Assembly (NCBI GenBank): GCA_964016885.1
Contig: OZ024746.1
Coordinates: 76,632,001 to 76,696,000, forward strand
DNA from: Eledone cirrhosa
Taxonomy: Eukaryota
Reading direction: 5' to 3'
DNA length: 64,000 nucleotides
The notes under the pieces were generated by a model. That model did not search any database. It was not told the DNA's origin and worked only from the letters and a program-made list of their open reading frames with translations. Below, piece by piece: positions 40,715 to 55,074 of the stretch. Position numbers and translations under genes: made by a program. Within the stretch, counting starts at the first letter, position 1. Each line of letters begins with the position of its first letter.

Positions 40715-41145
40715 AGGCTACGTAGCCGATCCCGGTAAAATAGACAAACATAATTTTGAGCTTATTTTACCGGAAAATTCTAAAGGGGCGTAACTCTACC
40801 GGGGCTCTCGGAAGCTTATTTTACCACTAAATAATAAATGGTGTTTTAGAACCCAGGTAGTGACCACTATCTTTAACCCAAGTCTTGACTTTCTGCTAAA
40901 ATTTTTAAGCCATGTATCTCAGTAGATGTGTGTGTGTATGTAACTAAAGCGAAACGTCGTTACGAATGGATGAAACACAAGATGATGACTAAATGATTTT
41001 AACTTGTTTTTTAACAATTAGTGGTGGAAAAGACTTGAAATTTTCTTCACAATTGTCTTACCTCGGGCCGCAACTCATGGTGTCTGACACTCTTACCGGA
41101 TAATTAGCCTGGGAGTCTATTTTACCGGGACCGGCTACATAGCCT
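40715..41145. mobile_element. Non-autonomous DNA transposon with 31-bp TIRs
   Basis: AGGCTACGTAGCCGATCCCGGTAAAATAGAC vs reverse complement of 41115-41145: 29/31 identical; internal TTACC(GG) repeats; no clear TSD. Confidence 0.75.
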
Positions 41146-41889
41146 CTTTCTATTTTATTCCATTCAGCTATATATGAATGCAGTGACCCTCACCTTTATC
41201 GTAGCATCAAGTATATGGGAAGGAGTTAACTATGGAATTCCAAATGAAAATCTACTCTTCCCAACAATCAAGCTGGCTCCAGAATTGAGGAGATATTGAC
41301 TCGAGCCTAGGCCAGCTGGATAACTGAAGTTTAGCTTTGTATGGCGAACGAGGTAACTTGCATTCAAGCGGCAAAACAAAACATGAAGATCTGCGGAATC
41401 AAGTGGCCTGTCATAAGATTTCAATCTCTCACAATACATTGGCTCCAACTCTGAGCTCAATGGAGATGTGGAACTCATCCAAACTGAGTAAACCATGGAT
41501 ATTGGACATGGGCAGGACATCAACCCAGTCCCCCAACTCTGAAAATTTTACATTTGTGGAAAATAGGCAGCACCTTGAATCTATATGAGAGGCTGACTCT
41601 GAGCATACACAATAACTTAGGGATCGATGGGTAATTCCTAAATATAAAAAAAACTATGTAGCAGGAAATTTTGGTGGTGTTAATGTTGTTAATTACCATT
41701 TTAGTGGTTATATAGTTGATTGCTGTGTTTATTGAGGTTGTTGTATTATCGATTGTTGAAGCTAGTCATTGAGTTATAGTGTGCTGTACAAGTTGATTGA
41801 TGTGTTTGAAAAATGATCAGGATCTCAATGAATTGAGACAGACCAACAAGAAAAACCAAACTGTTAATTTAAATATTTTTGTTTGTGGC

Positions 41890-42640
41890 ATGCTATACAA
41901 CATCATGTAGCAAAATGTAACACCAGAATACATCCACCGAGTAGATGTCTCTCCCCTTCTTCCATGTAAACATCAAATCCCCCCAGAGCATATGGGATGC
42001 CATCCAGTTTGACATGGTCTCGGGCAGGTTAGTGCACCAGCTCGACCAGTACCGCATGTTTTCGCTCGGCCTCACAACCCCACAGCAGTACCTGGCTCAA
42101 TCAATGCCTTACCCTCCTTTTCGACTGGCATACAGTTGGATAATGATAGCTTGTGAATCGGGGTTTCCTTGAAGCTTGGCCTCTGAATCTGCAAGCCACA
42201 CAAATGTCGCTGCAGATCATACTATGTTGCTCTCAATGAGGTCATAAAGTATGGCTTGGATGCTGCAGGCTTCCCCTCCCAGCTCAAGCCGGCGGGGCTG
42301 AACTGAGGGGTAAACCCCTCATCTGGGACACTACATGCAGCAACACTTTCTCCAGTGGCACTCAGCAACTAACTCAGGTTCTGCTGCAGTTCAGGATGAG
42401 GAGGGTAAACTCTCCAAATATCGGTCGCTCTCCAACAGGTTTGCAGTCAAGCCAGTAGCAGTGGAGGCTTCTGTGTCCTTGGCTCTAGGACCACCTCCCT
42501 ACTCACCACAATTGGCATGGAGTTGGCTACCTGCAGGTGTGAGCCTCGCGAGCTGGAATGGCTCTTACAGTGCATCTCCTTCACTCTCCTCCAAGAAACA
42601 CCTTCTATATTCTGTCCGCTGGGCTGCGGGGTAGCCAGCG
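41890..42640 (+). mobile_element. Second CRE-clade remnant
   Basis: ALNEVIK..LDAAGFPSQLKPAGL, IWDTTC, SAAVQDEEGKLSKYRSL..PVAVEA; homologous to 29225-29745. Confidence 0.6.
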
Positions 42641-43384
42641 TGTTGACCCCCTATTTACTTATGATGGGGAGAGATGGAGGCAGTGATAGTGGGAGTTTGG
42701 TTCCATTGTGTTCAGGCCTAGTGTATATGTATATATTTATTTTGATTTCTTTATTCAGATACTGATGGAGTGAGATAACAAGGCCACCTTATCTAATCTG
42801 TTGCTGACCGTTTTGACTTCCACTGTAGATACACAATTCCTGAAGAAAAAAATAAATTGGATGGTCATGGCTGGAATACTTTTAATCAAAAGTGCTAAAT
42901 CAGGGAAAACAATAACAACAACAGCAGCAGCATGAGATCACATCACCCATTGAGAGTGTTTTATCAACAGATTCTCCCTATGTACAAAAGGATGGCTGTA
43001 TGACACTGTGCGAAGTGCAATGCTGCATGGTAGTGAAACATAGGCAGTGACTGCCAAGGACATGTAGGTTGGAGAGGTTAGATATTTGATAGAATTAATA
43101 TTGTGGTGAGGTAAAGATTATATTAGTCAATTAATATTATTTTAATCATTCTGCAAAGCAGGGGAAATAACCTTGCTTACTCATGTAAAACATTGTAACA
43201 TCTATTTAGTAATTCTCTCATTACTGCTTCAGCAATAGTATAGTAGAATCTGTTTTGCTGAGGTCAAATAAGGTGAAAACGTGTCCATAATTGTGTGATG
43301 TATTTGCTGGAATAATAAAAACAGTATTAATTATTGATTAATATCATCTTTCCCTCATTATATTAAGTATAGTAACATTAACTT

Positions 43385-44040
43385 GCATTTTTTTTTTTGT
43401 TTGGATGGCATCTTTGACCTCTTGATTGAACCAAGGGTCTTCCTGCCATCAGGCGCCACACCAAGCCTCTTTTGCCTGCAGCATTTAACTGCTGAAGCAG
43501 AAACTACTGCACTGAACCATCTCCACTCTGTCTCAACATCCTCAGTTTGCTCAGGGAGTTCTCTGAATTTGGATGCAATAGTATCTGCATACCTAGTCGT
43601 GACTCCTTTATCCATCAATGCTTCCCACTTTATCCTGCAGGTCACCCTGCATCTGCCAGTTTTGAGGGCTTCCTTGGTTTTTGTTAGTTTCAAGTTGCAG
43701 ATAACTAGATGGTGATCAGTTGACAGCTCAGTCTCTCTTTTAACATGAACATCCAGCACAGAATCAAAGAGATCAGAAATAATAACAAAATCAGTTATTG
43801 ATCTGTCCCTGATTCCCTTAGTACTATGTATATTTATGGATGTCTCTGTGCTAGAAGAAGGTGTTCATAATAGAGAGGCCATTTCTAGAACAGAAGCCTA
43901 GTAGGCATCCAAATATAATACATGGGAGGTCTTTGGGAAATAAGAAGCCCTCTTCCATACCTGCTATCAAAAACACATCTGGGGTTCTCCTCTCTTCAGA
44001 GAGATGCATCCTTGCAAGGTGGAGAGAAATTTTCAAGGCA
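43385..44040 (-). mobile_element. RTE-clade LINE endonuclease remnant
   Basis: FCSRNGLSIMNTFF and LDVHVKRETELSTDHHLVIC peptides (APE C-terminus); part of 43930-44040 appears to be in the opposite orientation. Confidence 0.7.
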
Positions 44041-44323
44041 GTACCCTAGCATGTCCGCAGTCTAATGACTGAAACCAGTGAAAGAATTATAGAATAAAAG
44101 AATAATCAACCTAAACATTAAACATTTTCGTTGCTTTAAAGATTAGCCCAAATCTCTTCCTGTAATCAAATTAATATCTCACACAACTATTTCAGTTTGC
44201 ATATTGTCATTCAGAGTTATTTCCCCTGACTTACCATATGAATTATATAACAAATCTCTATATTCTGAGATTAAGTCCTATAAGAGGTGACTTTGCATTT
44301 TATCTTTCAGGCTTCACAAAATC

Positions 44324-44537
44324 ATCCCTTTCGTGATCATATTGATTATCAAATACACTTTATTTTAATTAATGAAGAATTTTGAGGGATTCACTAAAAT
44401 TATTAATCATTTCAATTCTAAGATAACAACTTAACATGGGTCTTATATAAAATTATGTTGGAAGATTTTAATTTACACCAGTTGTTTTGTTGCATAGAAC
44501 CAGACACGTTTTGGCTAGGCTGATATCAAAAGGGTTA
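44324..44537. mobile_element. TTAA/CCCTTT-ended MITE (family A), representative copy
   Basis: CCCTTTCG..AAAAGGG ends; homologous bodies near 4730-4930, 7680-7850, 26600-26777, 33105-33338, 46321-46530, 49474-50424. Confidence 0.6.
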
Positions 44538-46684
44538 TCATTTACATGAACTATGCTGTGTGTTTCTGGTTTAAAATATGTACACTGTATCTCTGTGTGT
44601 TGTAAGAGGTGACTGAAAAGGTTGGTGTGAGGAAGAACATCTGACTATAAAACATTGCCTTATGAAGGAGCCATGATGGGTATGAAGCTTCATTTGGGTC
44701 CAGGGTCATATTATACATAAGGCTGATTGAAGTTTAAGCACCCATTAGGGTTTTTTTTATGTAGTGAAGTGAAATGCCAGAGGGGTTCTGAAATACTTGA
44801 AAGCTTAGTTGTCTGGGGATAAGTTAATATGGTCTGGCAATGGAGCCATTATTCATCTAACTCATGCAAGCATGAACAACGGTAGTAAACATGAAGACAA
44901 TTATGATGATCATGATAGTGATACTCATCGACACAAAATAGAATATATAACAATAGAATAAATGTATAACACTGTTTAGACACTTTGTATAACTATTGCC
45001 AATGGTTTCCTTGGATTCCACTGATGTACCATACTTTACTATACTCATCAATGCATTGATGTGGGTGGCCTTACACCAATGTGAGAGATCAATGTTTTCT
45101 TTTGTAATAAATACCATAGATCAATAGATAATCTATTGGTTTGTTGAGACTGCAATCTAGCTTTCATTTCATTTATGTCTCTAATACTCAAGATAAAGAC
45201 ATCTGTCTTATATATAATACTCAATATGTTGGTTGATTGGTTGGTCTAATGTCAGATTCCCATTTGAAATGATATAGAGAGAAGGGGAGCAATAGTTTTG
45301 AGAGATACAAAAAGAATTAACATAAAGGTTGAAGGAGGAGTATACATTCTGAGCATGGTGGCAGGCAAAGAGTGAGAGTTTTAGAGAGTTAAATAACACT
45401 TAATTAGAGGTTTAAGCCTACATTAGCTAATTTTCTCCTTTACTTCTATCTCTTATTGATACGAGAATTTAACTTGTCATTTAAGCACATTTAGCAACCT
45501 GCAATGATTGATGCTTATAGTATCTTTATTAGTGGACAGATCATTGTAAAATTTTGCTGTACAGATTTTAATTTCTAATGTTTTGCCAATACAGATTCAT
45601 GTGGTGCAGGGCATTAAAAGTTAAATAATGCACTTAATTTCTTCCTAACTTTCAAATCCAATTTCTCAAATATTATGGCATTTGAGCACATAGATTTCTG
45701 AAACTATGGTACCATCACTGCATTCTTACTGTAGTAGAAATAATGATTTCTACTAGAAGCACAAAGCCAGCAATTTTGGGCGAGGGGAAAATTGATTAAA
45801 TCAATCCAAGGATGAAAAGTAAAGTTGACCTTGGCAGAATTTGAACTCAGAACATAAAGGGCTGGAACAAATCCTTTTAATGTAAGCAACAATTTGTGAG
45901 CCATTAAGTTGATTACATTGACCCCACTACATGACTAATACTTTATTTTATCAGAAAGTAAAGAGCCAGAACAAAATACAATAAAGCATTTAGACCAACT
46001 CACCAATGATTCTGCCAATCCAACAACTAAAATATACTCAAAGAATTCTTAATGTCAGCTATATCACACAACATGCTTCAAATGTGGAGCCTCCCTCACA
46101 CACAGCCTTGCCTGGTCCAAAATCCATGAGAAAAGAAAGTTAGGGCTGTCCTGATCTGACATTACTTTCCTTCTGACTTCCAGCTCTTAACCTACTATAA
46201 CCAAACTTTCACTAAATCTTTCACTAAATCAAACTTTCACTAAATCAAACTACTAACCAAACTTTCACTAAATCACAACTCTATGTGGTATATCAGGTTA
46301 GGTTTCCATTAGATTTCCATTAACCTTTTCATTACTATATTTCTAATAAAATGCACTTTATTTCTAATTAATAATATAAGTACATCTCTCAAAATTATTA
46401 ATGACTTCATTACTAAGATATGGTTCATATATAAAATTATGTTAGATTTTAATTCAAATAGAAACCCTTTAAAATGTGTGGTTTTGTTTCATAGAACCAA
46501 ATTTTATTTTAGACCTGTTGGTTTCAAATGGGCTTATTCTATGTTAACCCTGGAAAGATATATATTTTAAAAAAATTTGTGTTGGTGAAATAGCAATGTA
46601 TATATGAATGTATGTATTGTATATTTAATAATTTACTATATGTTTATTTTAAAATATTTTGAAGGCCTTTTGCTATGAATTTAA

Positions 46685-46894
46685 CCCTTTAGTATTTACA
46701 TTCTTCTATATTACTATTGTATTTTCATGGTAAAGGCTTTACCTCACATAATCATCTCACAAAATATCGAATCTATGAGATTTTGATATTATTTATTTTG
46801 AGAACAATACCTTAACATCAGTATGAGTGGCCGGTTTGAACAGAAAGAGGTGAGAGAATTCTGGCCGGATACAGCCGGTTTAAATACTAAAGGG
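46685..46894. mobile_element. piggyBac-type MITE (family B)
   Basis: TTAA on both sides; perfect 14-bp TIR CCCTTTAGTATTTA/TAAATACTAAAGGG. Other copies near 5720-5925, 18385-18520, 22925-23075, 48850-48965, 49540-49745. Confidence 0.9.
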
Positions 46895-48266
46895 TTAAGG
46901 TAGTGATTAATGTCACATATCTAGCTTCAGCAAAAAACAAAGGGAAGTAATATATTTTTTAATTTTGATGCTTCCGCAATAACCAAACAAGTGATGTAGT
47001 CTATCCTTCTAGGTATGCTCTTATATCCTATATACTAAAATCTATTTGAGCACAGTTGCTACTGCCTAGATTTTCACATGCTTTCTATTGATTTTTATGT
47101 TGATCTGTTTGTTTTCAGTATTGTCTTTTTATTGTTCAACTAGTGTTCCAGCTGTCACCACCTGTTTTTTTTTTTTTTTACTGTCATTGAAAAATACATT
47201 ATTCACAATGTCCTGGCATTTTTATCATGGTATGGTGTTGGTTAAAGAAGATTTGGCTACTAATTGCAGCAAGCCAACTGACTGTGTAGTGGCTCACATG
47301 GGTTACCCCTCTACAGCTGACTATGTACATTCCATAGGTTTGCTCAGTGAAGGATGACTTGGATCTAAGCAACAATAAAATAACCCCTATGTATACTTAT
47401 TTCAAGTTATGGAAACATACAATTATGTGCAACATACCCTAAGAAGACAATGCCTCCAGAAAGAGCCCCTGTATGGTCACTAGATCAGTAAGAAATGGAA
47501 GCCAAATCTCTCTGGCATCATGCTCCACTGCCTTAAAATTGTTGGATATGGCTGTAAAGAATTATCACTACCTCCACCTGCTTTAATATGTTTTAATGGT
47601 CTGCTACCATTAGACAGATTCCAGTAATTTCAATTCTTTGGAGACCAAATACATTGGCCTGCTCTTAAGAAATTTGAATGAGTTATATCCCTAAACATTA
47701 GCCAAGTCATGTCTGTTATCAAAATCCTTTGACAGAATTAATGATTCTATACTTCAATAGTCATGAAAGTGTGTGGCTTAGTGGTTAGGGTGTTCAGTTC
47801 ATAATCATAAGGGTCATGAGTGCAATTCCTGGCAGTGTCCTCTTTATTTCACATTCCTCTAGTCCTCCCAGCTGATATAAATGAATTGTCACTGATTTAT
47901 ACACTTTTTATCCCATGGCATTTGAATCATTTGGGGAAACTGGGCCATTTACAATTAAGTTTTTGCCATTGTTAGCAGTCTGTGATGATCATAAGGGTGC
48001 TATTCCTGCAACTCAGCCTTGCTATTACCAGCAGTGATTCAATGCACCAAGTCCATGCATTGGTATCTGTTTCAGCTTTGCACATTCTGAGTTAAAATCT
48101 CACCTCCTGTCACTAGAAAGAACAGATCCTTTGGAACCCAGTGAAAATAGCGACAGGCTCGGAAAGTCATTAACAAAATTCTCAGTATATCTGATATGAC
48201 ATTCAGTTCATCTCAACAGAGAGTATCATATCAGCTGACAGAAAAGAATGCAATTCGAGTCATGTG

Positions 48267-48353
<87 letters not shown>

Positions 48354-49754
48354 TCCCTCCCTCTCTCTCTGTGTAACATATTATGTTCAGTTTGCACTTT
48401 AGCATATGTCATAGATTATTGGCAGTCTCAATCAAGAAATAAATAGAGCAGGAAAAATAAATATTTTCATAATAAAATAAAATTAAAAAACAGCAGTTTG
48501 TATTTACACTATGACAGGAGCAATTTATCAATCTGACCTCACAGATCCAATATTATTACAAAACCCTACTATTGACTTAAATCTAATTCTACTGACACAC
48601 TTGTATATATATATATTTTTTCCAAGACAATAAATACCCACTGCCAGGACCAGTGTCTAAGTATTTAGTGTCCTATGCTAGCCCTACAATGTACATCCCT
48701 TTCTTCAAGTTATGGGCTCCATCTTCCCAGTTATGCACCCCATTCTCCAAAATAAAATAATTTCAAACTAGTTTTGGATACTTCTTGCTTTGACTGCACT
48801 AAAAAAAATAACTAAGCTTGCAATTCTAGCCTGGGGACCCTCAAAATTTAACCCTTTAGCATTTACATTATTCTATATTTACCATTGTATTTTCATGGTA
48901 AACACTTTATTTCACATAAATACCTCACATAATATCAAATCTATGAAATTTTGATATTAAGGGTTAAAGGCCTCAAATTATTTTTTTCTGCTACTTTAAA
49001 TAATATACAATAACCCTGATGAAATTTTCAGCCAGGGACCCCCATGCAATCTCAATTTATCTCTGCTTAGAGCTTCACCAAGTGGAAATATGGCACTAGA
49101 CAGCAACAGCCTATGGGTTATGTATAATCCATCTAGTAGCTAGGATGTATTTAAGTAGTAGAGCTTTGAACAAAATGATTTACAATAGTTAACTATATCT
49201 CTTTACATTCTGAGGTCACATCCTCCTGGAGACACCATTGACAGTCATCTTTCTGCAGTGAATATTGTGAATATTTATTTATTCATTTATTTATTCGTTT
49301 AATCAATTTAAACATCTATGTAAAACTGATAAGCCATGACAGACTGAGAAATGTTTCTAATGTCCCCTATATAAGAAACAAAAACAAGAGGATGAAAGTG
49401 AAATAGAGAGAAGGGGTGAAACAAGGAAAGGAGAAAAACGACAGATAAAGAACAGTTAAATGTTTCTATTGTTAATCTTTTTGATACAAACTTTCCCAAA
49501 ACAGCATCAGGTTCTATGAAACAAAGCCACCCAATTTAACCCTTAAACATTTACATTACTCTATATTTACAATTACATTTTCACGGCAAAGGCTTTACCT
49601 CACATAATTATCTTACATAGTATTGAATCTATGAGATTTTGATATTATTTATTTTAAGAACAATACCTTAATATCAGTAAGAGTGGCTGGTTACAGCCAG
49701 TTTGAACAGAAAGAGGTGAGAGAATTCTGGCTGGATATGGCCGGGTTAAAGGAT

Positions 49755-50280
49755 TCATATTCGCCAATTGCAACCCTGAGCGCCTCTTTGATCTCCATGT
49801 GTCTAACACACGTGGACATGCCTACAAGATCAGAAAACAGCACAGCTCCCATGACTTTCGTAGACATTTTTTCACGCTCAGAGTTGCTGAAGCATGCAAC
49901 AAACTGCCTGCGTCAATTGTTAGCTGCCGAGACACTGCATCCTTTAAGACACTCATGCTTCCCGAAATACGCCAAAACTACACCTGATGTACCCCTTCCA
50001 TGCACATGCACACATGTGTGTATCATGACTCGTGCACTGTTCATTTTACTGATGTTTGTGCATTGCCCTATGTACTGTACATGCACTTTTTTGATGAGTT
50101 GTGGTGCACCTGGGCACTGTACACAATATTTCATAATTGTTATTGTTATTATATCATGACTCGTACACTGTTCATTTTCCTGACATGTGTACATTATTCT
50201 ATGTACTATACATGCACCTTTGATAAGTTGTAGTGCACCTGAGCACTGTACACAATAATTTCATTATTATTATTATTATT
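49755..50280 (+). mobile_element. CR1 3' end with duplicated 3'UTR segment and (TTA)n tail
   Basis: NTRGHAYKI..FFTLRVAEACNKLP peptide; ~130-nt segment repeated (50021-50150, 50152-50270); TTA tail. Confidence 0.85.
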
Positions 50281-50614
50281 ATATTTAAATTAAAATCTTC
50301 CATCGTAATTTATATATGAAGTATATGTTAAGTTACTGTCTTAGTAACAAATTAATTAATAATTTTCGTAAATCCCTCATAATTCTTCATTAATTAATTA
50401 TAAATATGATTACAAAAGGGTTAAAACTTTTTGAAGCCCCATGAATTGGAGGAAGTTATTTATGATTGATGGATTCTTCACAATATATTGTACTCCCAGG
50501 CCTGGTAGCTTATGTTAGAAATCAATATTAATTCTTGTGAAGGTGCCACCAATATATATATATCATATATATATATCATATATATATATCAAATATATAA
50601 CTAAATATATATAT

Positions 50615-51043
50615 CATCATCATCATCATCATCACCGTTTTACGTCTGTTCTTCCACGCTAGCATGGGTTAGACGGCAGTGTCCAGTCGGCTGACCTTGT
50701 CTGGCTCATACGGGAACTGATTCTGGCTTGATTTCTACAGCTGGATGCTCTTCCTAACACCAATATATTTACAGTGAGTGGTGGGTGCTTTTTTTTTTCC
50801 GTGACACCTACACGTCCACTTTACAGTGTGGGCTGGGTGCTTTTTTGCCGTGGCACTCCCACGACCACTTTGCAGTGGAATGATAGGGACCCTAGTCCTA
50901 TCATCTCCTTTCTACAGCTGAGTAAACTGGAGCAATGTGAAATAAAGTGTCTTGCTCAAGGAAACAACACATCACCCGGTCCAAGAATTGAACTCACAAC
51001 GTTTTGATTGCAAGCACAATGCTCTATCCACTAAGCCATGCAC
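50615..51043 (-). mobile_element. tRNA-derived SINE, same head and body, different tail
   Basis: Near-identical to 30461-30793. A 5'-truncated copy lies at 52979-53255; relatives near 5987, 8720, 32120 and 62050. Confidence 0.85.
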
Positions 51044-51126
51044 CTTCACCTAAGCCATGCGCCTATATATATAGGGTCATTTCAAATCTTACCAATGAAA
51101 ATAGGGAACTATTAGACTATAACCTC

Positions 51127-51348
<222 letters not shown>

Positions 51349-51384
51349 ATATATATATATATATACACACACACGCATCATCAA

Positions 51385-52876
51385 TCAGGCTATATATGGT
51401 GGCGTCATACCCAAAGACTGGTGGCACCAGTATTCTCATAAATTCCTACTCTGGAGAGGAGCAATTATAGGGGTATAAAACTGATAGATCAGGTTATGAA
51501 AATGGCAGAAAGGATATTAGCACAACTAATTAGAGAAAGGGTCAAACTAGATGAGATGCAGTTTGGCTTTGTGCCTGGGAAGAGTACAACAGATACCCTC
51601 TTCTTGGTGAGACAATTACAAGAGAGGTTCATAGAGCCACTATACTTAGCCTTTGATAGGGTACCCCGATCTGTCATTTGGTGGTCCCTAAGGAAACTAG
51701 GTGTTGAGAAATGGTTTGTGAGGACAGTGCAAACTTTGTACAGAGGTACTGTCAATAAAGTCAGAGTAGGAATGGAGTTTAGTGAGGAATTCCAGATACA
51801 AGTAGGAGTACATCAAGGTTTAGTCCTCAGCCTGCTGCTGTTCATTATAGTCCTCCAAGCCATAACAGAGGAGTTTAAGACTGGCTGTCCATGGGAACTT
51901 CTCTATGCTGACGATCTGGTTCTTATAGCAGAATCAGTAGAGGAACTAGAGAATAAATTCTGGCTATGGAAACAAGAGGACTGAGAGTGAACCTAGCTAA
52001 GACAAAAGTGTTGATGAGTAGAAAAGTGAACAAAACTCTGATTCCGTCAGGGAAATGCCCATGTTCGATATTCAGAAAAGGAACTGGCATAAATTCTATA
52101 AAATGCACACAATGCAGATCCTGGGTATACAAGAGATGTAGCGGGATAGCAGGCAAACTAACAGGTAGGGAGAAATACGTATGCAGTAGATGTACAGGGA
52201 AATTAGACAGTAGAAGTCGCATTGATAGATACATTTTTCAAATGCAGGCGGGTGCTGTAGAAGTGGTGGATAGCTTCCGGTACCTAGGAGATCAGATTAG
52301 CATGGGAGGGGATTGTTCTGAGGCCATAGTATCTAGAATAAAGACGGGTTGGAAGAAGTTTAGGGAGCTGCTGACGAAGAAGGGTTTCTCCCTGCGTACG
52401 AAAGGCCGGTTGTATGATGCCTGTGTGAGGAGCGCGATGCTACATGGTAGTGAGACATGGGCAGCAACTGCAGAGGATATGCAACGGTTGGAGAGAAATG
52501 AGGCAAGCATGCTCCGTTGGATGTGCAATGTCAATGTGCGTGAACGACCCAGCATGAATGTGTTGAGAGAGAAACTGTGTCTGAGAGGGATAGAGTGTAG
52601 TGTGCGAGAGAGGAGACTGAGGTGGTATGGACATGTGATGCGCATGGAGGATGACCGATGGGTGAAGAAGTGCCAGGAAATGCCAGTTGAAGGAAGACGT
52701 GGTAGAGGTAGACCACGAAAAACATGGGCGGAGGTGGTGAGAACAGACCTCAGATCGCTGAAGCTCACGGTGGAGATGACGAAGGACCGTGACAAGTGGA
52801 GAGATGCTGTGCTGAATAAGACCCGTCCCACGCTTGCAAGCAGGGAAAAGCGGACGTAAAATGATGATGATGATGA
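51385..52876 (+). mobile_element. RTE-clade LINE, 5'-truncated, frameshifted RT
   Basis: NYRGIKL, QFGFVPGKSTTD, GVHQG, LLYADDLVL, FRYLG, MLHGSETW, RRLRWYGHV, RGRGRPRKTW; (ATG)n tail at 52861-52875. Confidence 0.92.
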
Positions 52877-52913
52877 TATATATATATATATAGATAGATA
52901 TATACATACATAT

Positions 52914-52965
<52 letters not shown>

Positions 52966-55074
52966 TGTATATATATATCATCATCATCATCATCATCACC
53001 GTTTTACGTCCGTTCTTCCACGCTAGCATGGGTTAGACGGGTTGTCCTGTTGTGGGCAGTGTCCGGTCGGCTGACCTTGTCTTGCTCATGCGGGAACTGA
53101 TTCTGGCTTGATTTCTACAGCTGGATGCCCTTCCTAACACCAACCTCATTTACAGTGAGTGCTGGGTGCTTTTTCTCCATGGCGCCTACACGTCCACTTT
53201 ACAGTGTGGTCTAGGTGCTTTTTTGCCGTGGCACCTCCACGACCACTTTACAGTGGGAGGGTGTGGGGACATATTGTCTATATGCTTCAGCTTCGGCTTG
53301 TACCCGATAGGTGCCAATCATATATGTAATATAGAATATATTTTATATATATATATATATTCACCCATGAATTATTACAACCACTATAATTTGTTGATAC
53401 TACTATTATGTCTTCTGGTTAATGAGTGAAACCATAGAAAACTGAGAAAAATCAGTAGTCACATAAACTAGAATATTTTTAATTACATCAATTCAGGTCA
53501 GATGTATTATTTCAAGAGAAAACATCTGAAATAAGCTGTTCATGCAACTGAAAAGGTTTATATTACCAGACAAGTTGTAATATATTATATTGCATAATAC
53601 ATATCTAAATACATAAATTCTCGCTTATCATTTAATACATCTCTAAAAATATACACACAGCCACACCTCACACTAAAACACTCATACACACACGTTTTAA
53701 TGAAGGAGTCTCTATGTAGGTGTTCAACTTGCTAGAAATAACATTCAAATCATACCTTGTCATGTTTAAATAAAGAAAAGACATGTTAGATAATGTAATC
53801 CTTTATACACCTAAAAAGACAGGATGGTCAAAACTGGAATACTCTTGATCATATGTCTACTATGTAAATGCAGGTGTGGTTGAATAGTTAAGAAGTTTGC
53901 TTCATAATCTTTAGCTCCTTGGTTCAATCCCACTGCATGGCACCTAGAGTAAGTATCATTCACCATGGCCTTGGTTGACCCATGGTTTGTGAACGAAGAT
54001 GAGGAGACAGAAACTGTTAGGTAGCTTGTTGGACAAACTGTACCAGACTTGTCACATACTATGTCATGCGGAATCTCCCTGAGAAATATGTTAAGGATAC
54101 ATGTCTCTGTAAAATACTTAGTCACTTACAATTTACAAGCAAGCTGTACTATTGATCGAAAAATTGGAACACTCATCATCAAAAGGAACAGAGGCTCATT
54201 CTGTTCCATTTAATTCCATGTCTACACAGTAAATCTGGATCTTAAAAATACAACCTACATACACAATTGAAGTGAAACTAAATGTATATTATTTGACTAT
54301 ATATTTATATAATCAATATAAATATGCTTCTCAACCAGGTTTAAACAAATAGCTTCATTGTGTATAAAGCTGTGAGTGAGCATAAGCATACATACACTGT
54401 ATACACAATCAATATATAATAATATGGTATAAAGATGTATAAAATTAAAAAAGGATGGAAAATGCATAATAAATTACTACTTTTCAGCATCGTTAATATT
54501 TATGATTACATTGTGTGGCATATTATCATAGAGCAAAGTTAAGCTTCCGGCAAACTGAATCAGCTAGTCAGTTTCAATTCTTGGTTCATATATATACACC
54601 TGATAACCTTGGGAAGAGAATGAACATTATTCTACTGTATCTCTGGGTCTGCAACTGGGGATCCATTACCTAAGTTAAAAATTTCAGGGACTTCGTTTTA
54701 AACAGAATAGACACATGGTATTGGATATCTATTCTTCTCTGAGTATGAAGATTTTTTTTTTATTGTTATTCTCATTGTATAACAATCTGGGATGAAACAA
54801 ATTGTAGTGGGGAGAAGGTCCATGGGAAAATTCATTTAAATAAAAGGGGGCCATGGTAGTGAAAAAATTGGAAATCACTGCTCTAGACCTTACACTAAAC
54901 ACTTCACCAATAATTCCTTCTCTACGTATATAATTGGGCTACAGTATATATTATGAATTATATACTAGTATTGTATAATACATATATATATAATTTGATT
55001 AAATTCACATTTTCATCAGTATGTTTCACTGGGGAAGTTGTTATTTCCACAGCTTGTCAGTTTGACATCTTTTT

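Noticed and set aside
47765-47835. tRNA-like segments (also near 14900, 53870, 61820, 62880)
   Set aside because: A/B boxes without a full cloverleaf, followed by repeat bodies: SINE heads, not tRNA genes.
52292-53029. 245-aa minus-strand ORF
   Set aside because: Antisense shadow of the RTE ORF plus microsatellite.
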